DNA from: Octopus sinensis
Taxonomy: Eukaryota
Direction of reading: 5' to 3'
Assembly (NCBI RefSeq): GCF_006345805.1
Contig: NC_043018.1
Location: 27,962,001 to 28,026,000 of the forward strand
DNA: 64,000 bases
Shown in pieces: positions 24,623-38,238 of this stretch; within the stretch, counting starts at the first letter, position 1, and every line of letters starts with the position of its first letter. The position numbers and the translations under genes were made by a program. The notes beneath the pieces are model-generated. The model did no database searches. It was given only the letters and a program-made list of their open reading frames with translations, and was not told the origin of the DNA.

Positions 24623-26401
24623 TGTGTGTGTGTTTTTACATTGGTATATTGGTATATTCATATAGAGTTTTTGATATCTTTGAAGCTGAATTTTTTTCCT
24701 TTTTTCGTATTTATTTCTTTATTTATGTTTGTTAATTCTGTTTTGAAATATGAAGAGAAACAAGAGAATCTCTTCTTTAGATATATGAATAAATCTATGC
24801 CTATACGAGTACATGTGTATGTGTGTGTGTGTGTGTGTGTGCGTGCGTATGTGTATGTGATTATATATATATATACTTACATATATATATATATATATTA
24901 AGTAAGCGAGTGTGTTGTTTGAATGTATATTAAATTGTATTAATATATTCGTAACATGACCTGTATCTCCCACTTTACTTCGCAAACACACACACTCCCG
25001 CACTTTCATACACATACTCACACACATACACACACAGAAGCATCACTAAATATATTTATTTTCTTAAGTATTCGTCTTCATCCTTCCGCCTCTTTATGTG
25101 ACTATCAACCTCCCCTTTCATCTCATTCCCCTCTTCCTCCATGCTCTTTCCTTCCAGCCCTACGCCGTGCTTTAATCACCCCCAGATATTCCGTATTTCT
25201 TAGCTTCTTTATTGTGTTTTAACCATCAAGATTAGGGCCACGAAGGAGCAGTACATTCGTCGTTTTAGTAAAATATTGCAATGACGAGATTGTATTGCGA
25301 TGCCACGTTTGACAAGTTCAAATATTTTATTGAATGACAATAAAACTTGTGCGGAAGATATGAGTGTGTCTGCACTAAAACTTTTCTTCAACTTGACGGC
25401 AATCTGTCTACTTCTATACATATATGTATGCATGTATATATGTATGTGTGTATATATATCTATGTATGTAAAGATATACATACACTAATATATATGCATG
25501 CATATATACATACACACACACGCACACTCACACACACATATATGCATATGTATATATATATGTAAACATATATATGTGTATATAAATAAATGCATATATA
25601 TATATATAGATATATATATATATCCATACATAAATATATATATATATATATTATAATACAGATATATATCCATACATATTTAAATATATATATATATATA
25701 TATATAATACACACACACACACATATATATATAATACGTATATATATATATATATATATAATACGTATATATAATATACATAGATGTTGTGTATATATAT
25801 TCGTATTGAATCATGGCACTATGCTTATATACATATAACATACAAATAAAACGCGTAGGCACGCACACAAACGCGTGTACACATACACAAGGATAAACAC
25901 AAACACACACACATATATATATATATATAGGAATACACATACAGGCAAATACATATGTATTCGTACATATGTATACAATAATACGAACATAGACACACGC
26001 ATAGATGCATGCACGCATAGATGCATGCACGCATACAGACATGCACCTATGCACAAATATCACTTTACCGACACACCCATGCAAACACACAAACACACAA
26101 AGAAACAGAAACTCTGACTCACAAACATACACATACACATGAAGCATGCCTGTCTGTTTATATGTATGTCTGTAAGTATGAATATATATTATAAGTGTGT
26201 GTGTATTTGTGTGTGTGAGTGTGTGTGTGTGTGTGTGTCTGTGTATGTATTAATATATATCGGCTTGAAAAATTCTTAAGACACTAGTATATTTTCCTAC
26301 TTTTCTTAACATGAAACCAATGTTGGCTTTAATTTACAAATAAAGAATACATATATATATATATATACATACATGCATATTTATATATATATATATATAT
26401 A

Positions 26402-26432
<31 letters not shown>

Positions 26433-26594
26433 GTTTGTATGTACACATTTGTGTGTGTGTATACATGTATATATATTATATATATATATAATATATATAT
26501 ATATAAAGTATACCGGAAACAGCTGTAAAACCTTTTCTTTATAAATGTTCTAAAATCTTTCACACCTTTAATTTTTCATCTATAAATATATATA

Positions 26595-26642
<48 letters not shown>

Positions 26643-27278
26643 TATATAATATATAATTTCGATTAGAGACTAGATAATCCTCAATAAGGGATAGTAATAG
26701 CCAATGAATTACTAGTTCATTAGCCAATATCTGTTGTGTATATTAATTATAATACTCGTGAATAATAGGTAATTAGATAAACCAAGCTTTATATGTATTC
26801 AATAAGAATAAGAAAATAGAGATAAATCAATTAAGAAGTATATTTTTTAACTTCAAAATTAAATATAATCTCTAAATGTTTTATATATATCGGCAACATC
26901 CGTCAATTTCCTGAAAATGGGGTCATAACTGTGAAATATTAAATACAAGATAAGCTACATTAATGCACATATTTGTTTCCTTGTGATTTGCCTTGCATTT
27001 GCTTCGTATTGTTTTGGCCTTACACTGCATTTTTATATGAATAATATATAAATATATGAATAATATATAAATATATGAATAATATATTGTCTATATATTT
27101 TATGAATAATATATAGTCTATTGACAAGTTTTATCTTCTCGCTAGACCACTGGTAGTAAAATATTTCTAAATAATTGTTTTTGCTACCCTGAAATTTATT
27201 AATAAAGATATAATGATTCTTTTAGCTAAGTTTGGAAGACAATCGGCATAAAAAACCGCGCTTGCACGGCTGATTTGA

Positions 27279-27341
27279 AAGATTATGGACGTGTAAGCAC
27301 GAGGCATGTTCTGTATCGCCTCGTGTTTATATGTTAATCTT
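27279..27341 (+). ncRNA. Candidate pre-miRNA hairpin (family not recognised)
   Basis: AAGATTA tgg ACGTGTAAGCACGAGGC [12-nt loop] GCCTCGTGTTTATATGT TAATCTT: 17 bp (3 G-U), 3-nt bulge, 7 bp; not repeated elsewhere in the window. Confidence 0.45.
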
Positions 27342-27546
27342 GGCTTTCCTGTTGATGAGAGCTGCGCCTAACAAATTATTTCATTTGCTGAAGATAGCTT
27401 GAAATCATGTTACAGAATATAGATGGTAAATGTTTATATTTTTCATCCCTTTTCGAAATTACCCCTAATAGTGGTTTGGATTTTAACTACTACTTCTAGC
27501 GGATCAGATGTCCTATTATGGCCATCTCTTTGTGTCTAAATGTACA

Positions 27547-27588
<42 letters not shown>

Positions 27589-27644
27589 TTATAATTATGC
27601 ACTTATAAAAATGTGTTTTTGTATGTATTATATATATATATATA

Positions 27645-27979
27645 TATCCGTAATAATGAAGGGTGAAATTAATTAATTTGGAATAATTATCAATTACACC
27701 AAGTAGTCTTCGGCATGTAAAAGCCTCATTCGAGGAAAATTTAAGTAATACTAAGCAATAAAGCCAATGTTGAGATCTCCCTTTTTAGTAGAAGAAATAG
27801 CTATAACTCTTTGACTGCTATTTCTAAATTCGGTATGTGGTAAGGCAATTCGTTGCTAAACGCTTTATTGCTTAGTATTACTTAAATTTTCCTCGAATGA
27901 GGCTTTTACATGCCGAAGACTACTTGGTGTAATTGATATTATTCCAAATTATTAATTTCACCCTTCATTATTACGGATA
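27645..27979. repeat. Fold-back with ~120-bp inverted arms, PLE-end-like
   Basis: 27645-27764 vs 27862-27979; AGGGTGAAATTAATTAATT..CAATTACACCAAGTA resembles the start of the 59318 unit. Confidence 0.85.
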
Positions 27980-28185
27980 ACCATATTTTATCTCAGTAGA
28001 TGACCACACAGCATCTTGTTTTGGCTACACGCGGGTGGGAAGGGGCTGGTGACACAATCTTTTCATTCACAAATTGAATTTGGGGATACTAGTTGCGGAA
28101 AATTCTAGCTCGCTCTGATACTGAGTTGAGTTGGTGCCTTCTAGTATCTCAAAATTCAATATATAATCATTATGATTATAGTATT

Positions 28186-28285
28186 TCTACGCCTGAAGAG
28201 AAAAGAAGTTTTGGTAAGGTAGATTATTTAATATTTAATTCTTATGCTTTCCTAAAAACTTGATTTCGAAACGTGCGTCCGTAGA
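28186..28285 (+). ncRNA. Type I hammerhead with a 1-nt insertion before the core
   Basis: TCTACG c CTGAAGA GAAA.AAGTTTT..AAAACTT..TTTC GAAAC GTGC GTC CGTAGA. Confidence 0.72.
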
Positions 28286-28537
28286 TAACTTAAAATTGTA
28301 TGATAGATTGCCGTCATTCATTCTCTCTTACCTGTTTGTGTCTGCCTTCCAATTGCTGTTTCTCTGAGATCTCCTTTTTAGTAGAATAGAAAATCCTGCT
28401 ATTTCTAATTCTAAGCAATTCTGCTAACCTGCTTAGTATTACTATATATATATCATATATATGTAAGGAAAGCTGTATTCGTTTACTAAAACCCTTTTAT
28501 TTTTCGGTATATATATATATATATATATAATATATAT

Positions 28538-28585
<48 letters not shown>

Positions 28586-29337
28586 ACAATACGGGAGGAT
28601 AAAAGACGGAACGAATGCGAAAATTCGAAAATTCGAACGAACCAGACGCGAAGAGCTGTCAGACAATAGTGTAATAAATAATGCTCATGTCCTGTGCCTT
28701 GTTTTTTCTGTTGTAAATAATGTTTTTTTTTTCCTTTTGTTTTCGTTCTCGTCCGGTTCCACGTCTCTGTCTTTCTGTTGTAACAAACAGGGCTTTTCCG
28801 TTTATCGTTCTATTGAGTTTACGTCTTTTTGTGGTGTCCTGTACGTATATATATTTATATATGCATGTATATATACATGTAGATGTCGGTACGTACATAT
28901 ATGTTTGTATGTATGCATATATTTTATTTATTACACTATATATATATATGTATATATATATATGAAAAGTTTTAAATGCATGTCTACATAAATTCCTCAG
29001 CGTTTCACTTACATATATATTTGACATATACTGCAGGCTTACTTTCATGTGTAGGGCATTAAATTATGTGCAGATATACGAATATTTCTGAATTAGAGAC
29101 CTGAAACTTCACAATAACTATTACAGCTCTATTTATAAAAAGTTTAACATATATGTACTCTACTATCAAACGATACGGTAAAACTTGCCTTAAATTATAA
29201 ATCATTTTTATATATGACTTGATATGAAAAGAAATATTAGTATATACACATATAAATGTTACACAGGCACGTAGAGCGTATATAACTCTTCAGGTATCTA
29301 TGTATCTATCTATCTATCTATTGGCATATATTTGCTC

Positions 29338-29406
<69 letters not shown>

Positions 29407-29408
<2 letters not shown>

Positions 29409-29662
29409 ACCCCCTTCGATTTTGGAAGACGAGCTGTCGCCCATGCATACCAGCCTCCCCTCTTCACACAAAGGGAAAGGCAAACGATGATCAGCTTGGC
29501 ACCAGTGATGTCGCAAGTCATTCCTTCAGGTGAGCTAACTGGAGCAACGTGAATTAAAGTGTCTTGCTCAAGAACAAAGCACGCAGCCCGGTCCGGGAAT
29601 CGAACTCACAACCCACGATCGTAAGCTCGACGCGCCTCTAACCACTGAGCCATGCGCCTTCA
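29407..29662 (-). mobile_element. tRNA-derived SINE, family E
   Basis: Minus head GTGAAGGCGCATGGCTCAGTGGTTAGAGGCG..GAGTTCGATTCCCGGACC, then TTGAGCAAGACACTTT. Confidence 0.8.
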
Positions 29663-29664
29663 CA

Positions 29665-29767
<103 letters not shown>

Positions 29768-30220
29768 TAATATATGTATATATATATATATATACAACAC
29801 CAGATTAGATAAGATACAATAAACATGGACAGGATATATATATAATATTATGTATTATGGTGTTTGTTAGCGTGTGATCTATATATATATATATATATAT
29901 ATATATTGTGTGTGTAACATATGTATCTATAATATATATATATATGTATACATATATATATGTATATATATATATATTATATATATATATATAATATAAC
30001 TAATGGGATAAAACTTTTTCGCGGAATAAATTTTTTCAATGGCCAGCATATCAAAAAATACCTTTAAAGGTTAAATTTATAAATAATTTACAAAATAAGG
30101 CAAAAGAAAAATTCTAATACCAAATATGCCGAAAAAAAGACAATAATATTGTCAATAACCTTTATAATTTATGCGTCTCGAAACAAACCGTAGAAATTTC
30201 TAAAAAAAAAAAATCCGTTA

Positions 30221-30281
30221 TTACCGTATTGGTCCCAATTTCGGGGTTAATTCATAAGAATTTTCCCCTCTTCAGCGATAA
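30221..30281 (-). ncRNA. Type I hammerhead with intact core
   Basis: TTATCG CTGAAGA GGGG..CCCC GAA ATTGG ga CCAAT A CGGTAA; 6-bp stem I (1 G-U); 5-bp helix III with 2-nt loop; AUA triplet. Confidence 0.85.
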
Positions 30282-30639
30282 ATACGTGAGATATAAGTGA
30301 AATACTTACACATACCCATGGAAAAAGCAAGCACTAAGTCCTGAGCAGACCTAAGTACCCCAAATATATCCAAAATAGAAAATCTTCGGCACATCTCGAG
30401 ACACGTCTGATTCGAACTAGAAACTTTCACAGAGTGAGAGAATCTGGAAATGAACAGTATTAAATTTATAACTAATGTAGGATAAAACTTTTTTCGGGAA
30501 AATTTTTATCAATGGCCAGCATATCAAGATGTGCCGAAGATTTTCTACTTTGGATATATTTGGGGTACTTAGTCTGCTCAGGACTTAGTACTTGCTTTTT
30601 CCATGGGTATGAGTAAGTATTTCACTTATATCTCACGTA

Positions 30640-30699
30640 TTATCACTGAAAGAGGAAAAATTCTTATGAATTAACCCGAAATTGGGACCAATACGGTAA
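30640..30699 (+). ncRNA. Decayed inverted copy of the 30221 hammerhead
   Basis: TTATCA CTGAAAGA GG..CCC GAAATTGGGACCAATA CGGTAA; extra A in the core and an A-C mismatch next to it. Confidence 0.6.
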
Positions 30700-30830
30700 A
30701 ACGGATTTTTTAGAAATTTCTATCGTTTGTTTCGAGACGCATAAATTATAATGGTTTATGACAATTTTTGTATTTTTTTCGGCATATCTGGCATTAGTAT
30801 TTTCTCTTTGCCCTTATTTTGTAACTATAC

Positions 30831-30903
<73 letters not shown>

Positions 30904-31249
30904 TTATATAGTATGTATGTATGTATGTATGTATGTTTAGGTATGTATATATGTGTGTGTGTGAGAGAGACAGTGTGTTTGCTTTATATATATGCTAATA
31001 TATATTTATCCATCTATTTATCTATCTATATAAATTCCAATATATGTGTATTTATGTACATATGTGTGTGTGTGTGTGCGTGTCTGTGTGTGTGAATATG
31101 TATGTTTGAATGTATGTATGTACGTATGTATGTATGTACGTATGTATATACACAGATCACAATTTCACGCACGCACACATACACGGACAAAAATATATCG
31201 AGAGAATATATACCACATCAAAAACATTCACCAGTGTTTCTTCATTCAT

Positions 31250-31320
<71 letters not shown>

Positions 31321-31345
31321 TAAAATACTACCACTACTACTACTA

Positions 31346-31405
<60 letters not shown>

Positions 31406-31880
31406 TGAATACTGCTACTCCTGCCGCTGCTACAGTGCCTCGTCTTTTCAAATCGTTCTCCCTCTCCATGCGGTTCCTCCGTCGCTCTTCGTCATACAGC
31501 CACCACCTTCCTATTCCCTTCTTCTTCCTCCTCATCCACCGTCAAATAGATAAGAGCTTGTCAAGAACTATGACAGAATTCAGTCATCATTTTACATAAG
31601 GGAGAATTTTCGATTTAAATCGGGTAAAAAAAAAAACGAGGAAATGAATTATATACACTCATACACTTGCACACGCACATATACACTGGAAGACATTAAT
31701 ATAAATACGAACACTCACATACACATATAAACATCAGATTGGATAATTCTCCTCTCATATGTGTGTTCATATGTAAGTGCGTTTATATTGATCCATATGT
31801 ATGTCCATATAGATGTATGTGTACAGGATATATGTAATATATATATATATATATATATACACACACCACACACACACCAC

Positions 31881-31927
<47 letters not shown>

Positions 31928-32042
31928 TCAATATATATCGTTCGTAGGCATTTTCAAATTTACATCTACGAATATGTACACATACCATATGTTTATATAT
32001 TATGTATATACATACATATGAATATATGTATGTATGTATATG

Positions 32043-32087
<45 letters not shown>

Positions 32088-32133
32088 TATATATATGTAT
32101 ATATCTATATATATACATATATATATATATTAT

Positions 32134-32165
<32 letters not shown>

Positions 32166-32972
32166 GTATACATATGTCTGTTATATGTTATGTAATGTGT
32201 ATGTATGTGTATTGAGATATATATTGCTTGTACTTCTTTTCATGTTACATCACCTAACCCCCTTACTCCCCCTATTTCCCAATACCTTTTCTTCTCCTTA
32301 CGTCATCTTTCGTCTCATCTCTGTGTCTCAATACTTATCCTTCTTTACAAACAACAACCTTCTATATAATTATCTACTCCTCTGCCTTCCGTCTTCATTT
32401 TCCTCTCACCACCATAGTCATGACGTTACTCTCATTACCACCATCACGACACAACCATCTGCACCATTACTAGAAGCCCTACAAGTAACACTCTTACTAA
32501 CATCATTACCCCGTGTGTTTCCATTTGTCCATATGTTTGCTTTCTTTCTTTCTTCCTTCTTTTCTATTCGTCTTAGAATTAGTTAGGTTCAAACATCACT
32601 GTTAGATGTTCGATACTCGTTGAGCTGTTGGGGCTATGCCAAAGTAATAGGTGACAAACAAGATATAACACAATTGTGATGGCATGCAGTCAATTTGCAT
32701 GTCAGTTTTTTTCTAGAACTTACAACACGTCATCACAGGGACCAGATGGCAGAATGCCACCAGGTTCCCTTGAGGTGTCTGTGGATCAGATGGTGCGTGT
32801 CTTGGAACAGGTAGGGCTATAAGGATTTAGCGCTAACATAACACAAGCTGGGGATTGATCAACCCTGGTTCGACCACCTGGATGACCGTGTCTGATATTG
32901 AAAGAGCCGAAGCACCTAATGACCCTAAGGAAGCATCATGTGTACAGTTATATCATAGGATGATATACGAGT

Positions 32973-33052
32973 GTGTAGGCACATGGCCTAGTGGTTAGAG
33001 CAGCGGACTCGCAGTCGAAGGATCGCGGTTTCGAATCTCAGACCGGGCGATA
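32973..33052 (+). mobile_element. SINE B head only
   Basis: GGCACATGGCCTAGTGGTTAGAGCAGCGGACTCGCAG..GGTTTCGAATCTCAGACCG. Confidence 0.75.
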
Positions 33053-33555
33053 TACATATACGTATTGTGAATGTATGAATTAGAAATCACCTTTCAAGAA
33101 AATATTTTACACCCTTACAATTATGTATATAGACATATACGTGTGTATATATTTACAAATAAACACATACATACGTACAAATGTACATAGATATATAATA
33201 TATATAGTGTGTATGTATATACGTGCGTGTGTTCTTGTCTGTGTGTATGTATATATATATGTTTGTATGTATGTGTGCATGTATGTATATATGCACGTAT
33301 GCATGTATGTAGTTATGATTGTATGTATATATATATGTATATATATAGAGAGATGTATTTGCATAGCAAGGAACGTAATCTGAGATCGTGTGCTGGAACG
33401 AAAACAATTGCAGCGTGGAAGGTGTTTATAAGCCATTTAAGAAACACACAAAAACCGTTAGATTCACTTCAACATATAAATTTAATTTGTCAAAATATTT
33501 GAGACCGCAACCTGTTCACTGACAAAATTCCGTGCTGCATCTGTTATTATACACA

Positions 33556-33606
<51 letters not shown>

Positions 33607-33647
33607 TACATATATACACATATATATAGAGATAGATAGAGAGAGAG

Positions 33648-33686
<39 letters not shown>

Positions 33687-33711
33687 TAGACAGATAGATA
33701 GATAGAGAAAT

Positions 33712-33743
<32 letters not shown>

Positions 33744-33834
33744 TAGATAGATAGATAGATAGATAGATAGATGGATAGATAGATACACACCTACACAAAC
33801 ACAGAATGCAATGTGTACATATACACAAGATTAG

Positions 33835-34900
33835 GAGTATTTGAGGACACTTAAATCTCAGTATATTACTCCCATCAAACCAGTTAAAAGGTTTCTTTTA
33901 TTTCTTTCAGATCTGTTTTGCCAGGTAAAATGCTAACACAGGAAAGGAAAAGACTTACAATCATTGTTGCTTTGTGGGCGAAATCTGATGATTTAGATAT
34001 AGTCACCTTGAAAAGTCTTGCAAAATGTCCTTTGGCCGAATGTCCAATGCGACTAGAAGCTTCTGTTGTTAATGGTTCCGCTGTGTAAAACAGAAGAAAA
34101 CATTCTAATCGGTCGGATACTATAAGGAAGCCGCAATTTGTCCAATAGGTTTAAGATATGAATTTTGATCCCAGAAATATAAGGAAGCTGCAATTCGTCC
34201 AATGGGTTTAAGACATGAATTTTGATCCCAGAAAAATCAATGAGCGCCATCGAGAAAGAACTCTAGGTGATGGAGTGAAGTATCGTAATCGTCGTGCACA
34301 AGGATATTCAATACAAGACTTAGGTAGTGAAGAGAGGCCAATTAGAATCTCCAAATTCACAGGAAAGCCGCATAACCTTTGTGAAATGGTTAATTAACAA
34401 GTTCGCCAACCCTACAAACCTAACTGATGTTTTCTGATGAGAAAGACTATGTAACGGATGAAATAAGTGATAGTTGTGTGCAGATCCTTCGATATCAACA
34501 GTGTGATGCACACTAAGTGTATAGCAACTGCAATGGTTTTCGGAGCGGTAAGTTACGAAGACCATGTCATGCCACTTCACACCTCTTCGCAGGATCTTAG
34601 AATAAATGCTCCCGGAGCACGTTAAGGTGCTGGAGACAGTTGCTAAGCCCTTGTGGGTTGAAGTATGCAGCCGAAGGTCATACATGTGGAAACAAGACAC
34701 ACCACCTTCACTCATGGCCCACGTAACCCGTGAATAGATACCAAACAATCTTTACACTGGTGCAGCACCAACTATGAGGCCTCCAGACTGGCCAGACAAG
34801 AGCAGTAATCGTGTGAACGTGATCGTGCATTAGGAATCAAATAATGTGTCTGGCTTTCGTAGATTCATTTAAAAATAAAGCATAAAATTTAATGAATATT
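33835..34900 (+). pseudogene. Tc1/mariner-superfamily transposase pseudogene (maT/DD37D-like)
   Basis: MLTQERKRLTIIVAL; RSDTIRKPQFVQ (57-bp tandem duplication at ~34122-34235); FSDEK; MHTK..MVFGAVS..HVMP; VLETVAKP; W.QDT; many stops. Subfamily assignment is from recall. Confidence 0.75.
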
Positions 34901-35149
34901 TTAGCAATTGTTATTTACTTGTTCAAGACGAATCTATGGCTGTCAATTAAAATATAGCGTCTAATTAATAAACTATTGTCAAATGCAACATCATCAACAT
35001 CAACAACACTAACGACAACAGCAACAATAACGACAACGAAGACAAGATTACTTCAACCACCGCCATCACTACTGATTCATTATCCTAATCGTAGACATAA
35101 TCACACCGTCACGATTCGCTTTCTCCCCACACCTCCCATTCTGGCCCAT

Positions 35150-35482
35150 TTGCCTTTCATCCTTTCGGGGTCTATAAATTAAGTACCAGTTACGCACTGG
35201 GGTCGATATAATCGACTTAATCCGTTTGTCTGTCCTTGTTTGTCCCATCTATGTTTAGCCCCTTGTGGGCAATAAAGAAATAAGAATGGTTAGCATCTCG
35301 GACGAAATGCCATCAGGCATTTTGGCTTGTCTTTCTTTACCTTCTGAATTCAAAATCAGCCGAGATTGACTTTGCCTTTCATCCTTACGGGCTCGAAAAC
35401 AAAAGTACCAGTTGAACACTGGGGTTGATGTAATAAACTAGTTCTGACCACTCTGAAATTGGTAGACATGTACTAAAATTTC
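35150..35482 (+). mobile_element. Two adjacent SINE A copies (one truncated, one degenerate)
   Basis: TTTGCCTTTCATCCTTTCGGGGTC..AAGTACCAGTTACGCACTGGGGTCGAT, followed by a second diverged copy. Confidence 0.8.
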
Positions 35483-35809
35483 AAATCAATATTTAGCAAG
35501 TGAACGTGAAAACTGCCCTAAACGCAAAACCTGTGCATGAATGGTCTCTCTCTCTCTATATATATATATATATGTATATATATATAAATATATATATATA
35601 ATATATATATATATATATCTTGTCCCATGAAACGAGTGGTACAAATAACTAGGCATGAACAATTTCCCTGGCAACCTATTCTATTACTCATTTTCAGTCT
35701 TCCTTAAACTGACTTCGTGCCTCACACAGAAACATATGTGTGTGTATGTATGTATGTATGTGTGTGTGTGTGTGTATGGGTGTCTGTGTCTGTGTGTGTG
35801 AGTGTGTGT

Positions 35810-35846
<37 letters not shown>

Positions 35847-36200
35847 GCGCGCACGTGCCTGAGTTTGAGGAGATGCACGAAAATGTGTATGAAAATAAAG
35901 AAACTTAAGAATAGTGTCAAATATACTTGATAGATATTTGAACCTGCAATGAAAAGCCATTTAAGGGTTCAAATATCTCCTAAACATATTTAAACTGGTT
36001 TTATATTTATACACATGCACACACACGCACATACACATGCACATATATACACACACATATATGTGTGTGTATGTATATATTATGTATGATATGATAAAAG
36101 CATAACCAGGCAGCACAACTTATATGAGGTTAGATTAATGATATATCTTTAAACATAGTGAACTATATACTTGTGTATAAATATATCTATAGCCCTACCT

Positions 36201-36240
<40 letters not shown>

Positions 36241-36388
36241 TTTTCTCGCTATATATATATATATATATATGTTTACATCTCACTCTCATTATATATATAT
36301 ATGTTTGTATGTGTATATATATATATCTATATATAATATATATGCATATATATATTATATATTATATATATAATATATATATATATAT

Positions 36389-36528
<140 letters not shown>

Positions 36529-36550
36529 ATAGATAGATAGATAGATAGAT

Positions 36551-36635
<85 letters not shown>

Positions 36636-36705
36636 TTATTCTCGAGAATTATTATATTCTCCTTAAGTTGCTATTAGCAAATTGTCTGGGTATATAATTA
36701 ACATA

Positions 36706-37925
36706 CGGGGTGTGTCCAAAATATATCCGATCTTTAGACATAAAGAAAAAAAAAAGAACGGTAAACGATTTTGTACATTTCACAATTATTATTTAATCAC
36801 CTTGAAAATACACTTCTCCCAGGGTTTCTTCCACTGCTGTGCTGGTAACATCTCTGGAACCACGTCTCTGGACTGTTATGAAGCACAGCCGTTTCTTTTC
36901 TACTAATTTTCCCCCTCGCGACCCAAATCGCTTGCCTTTCAGCGTGGTTTCCAGATTGGAGAAGATCCAGAAGTTACACGGTGTCAAACCGGGAGAATAG
37001 AGAGCCTGTCGAACAAGTGGTATGTTGTTCTTAACCAAGAAAACTTGGATTAATAGGTTTGTTCAAAAAGTATCCTAATTTATTTTTGTCGCCCACACTC
37101 TCTGTACACACGAATTTGCCATTACAACGGAACGCGTTGATACTGCGTTTATTCCCACTTCGCAAGTAAATTCCTGGTTCGCTATACGACGGTCTTCCAT
37201 GAATATACGCCGAACCTTCTGAGCGGGCTCCTCATTTCTCCTTGTGGGTGGCCAGCCTAGACATACCACGCTCTCTGCTGAGATGCGGGGATGTTTGAAA
37301 TTGTTGTATCACTCCCTAATCTGAATAGTTTCCATGGTATCATTACCAAAGGCTTGCTGAATCTTCTGAATGGTTTTTAAGCATGAGAATCAGCAAGCTT
37401 TTCGTAAAACCTGATGTTATATCTCTGCTCAATGCATTCGGTCATCTTGCCTGGAAACAAAAATCCGACGAGCGCTGAACTGTAGGCGTAACAGCCGAGA
37501 ACTGACGCGTCAATAGGACAAAATTTATATTATTTAATCTCAACTGAAGCAAGGCTCTATATATTTCTTTACTACCCACAAGGGGCTAAACATAGAGGAG
37601 ACAAACAAGGACAAAGGGATTAAGTCAATTACATTATTTATCGACCCCGAAAGGATGAAAGGCAAAGTCAACCTCGGCGGAATTTGAACTCAGAACGTAA
37701 CGACAGACGAAATACGGCTACGCATTTCGCCAAGCGTTCTAACGTTTCTGCCAGCTAGCCGCCTTTGAAGCAAGGCTCTATAACCTCACTACCTCCTCCT
37801 GGTCAAAAAAAAAAAAATGCGCAGAAGGGGTGGCGTCACTTCCCACCCAAATAATTTTGCCCCTACAGTATTAATTTTCGCGGGAAAAATAAAGTCGGAA
37901 TGGGATACTTTTTGAACGCGCGTCG
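36706..37925 (-). pseudogene. Mariner (DD34D-type) remnant with TIRs, internal deletion and nested SINE
   Basis: EDRRI..EVGI (HTH); YSPGLTPCNFWIFSNLETTLKGKRF (cf. YSPDLAPCDF); TIR core GTTCAAAAAGTATCC at 37061-37075 and inverted at 37903-37917; TA at both ends. Confidence 0.85.
37562..37765 (-). mobile_element. SINE A with a perfect 17-bp TSD
   Basis: TGAAGCAAGGCTCTATA at 37545-37561 and 37766-37782. Confidence 0.92.
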
Positions 37926-38124
37926 TATGCAAAATTGTTTTTACCCATCAGTTAGTAATGCTCACTGATATTTCATATATGAATTACACGCTTAAAGCTA
38001 TTTTACATTGTTGCTTTGCAACACTTACCATTCCATATCTTATTCGAAGTAAAAGATAACTACAACAGTAATAACGGAACAATGACAAGAATATTAGCTT
38101 TCTTAGTTAAAACTCTGAACGTAA

Positions 38125-38198
<74 letters not shown>

Positions 38199-38205
38199 AA
38201 TATTA

Positions 38206-38237
<32 letters not shown>

Positions 38238-38238
<1 letters not shown>

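Larger units (their letters stand above)
29998..30827. mobile_element. HHR-bearing ~474-bp unit plus partial direct repeat and ~300-bp inverted copy
   Basis: GGATAAAAC..AATGGCCAGCATATCAA recurs at +474; 30527-30825 is an inverted copy of 30087-30396; (TA)n on both sides; same family as 54170-54883. Confidence 0.8.

Noticed and set aside
27368-27395. CTGAAGA..GAAA near the miRNA candidate
   Set aside because: No stem II and no stem I complementarity
34122-34235. Direct repeats superficially like a CRISPR array
   Set aside because: Two adjacent 57-bp copies with no spacer inside a eukaryotic transposase; no CRISPR array is present in the window
34434-34445. CTGATGAGAAA
   Set aside because: Encodes the transposase motif FSDEK; no stems
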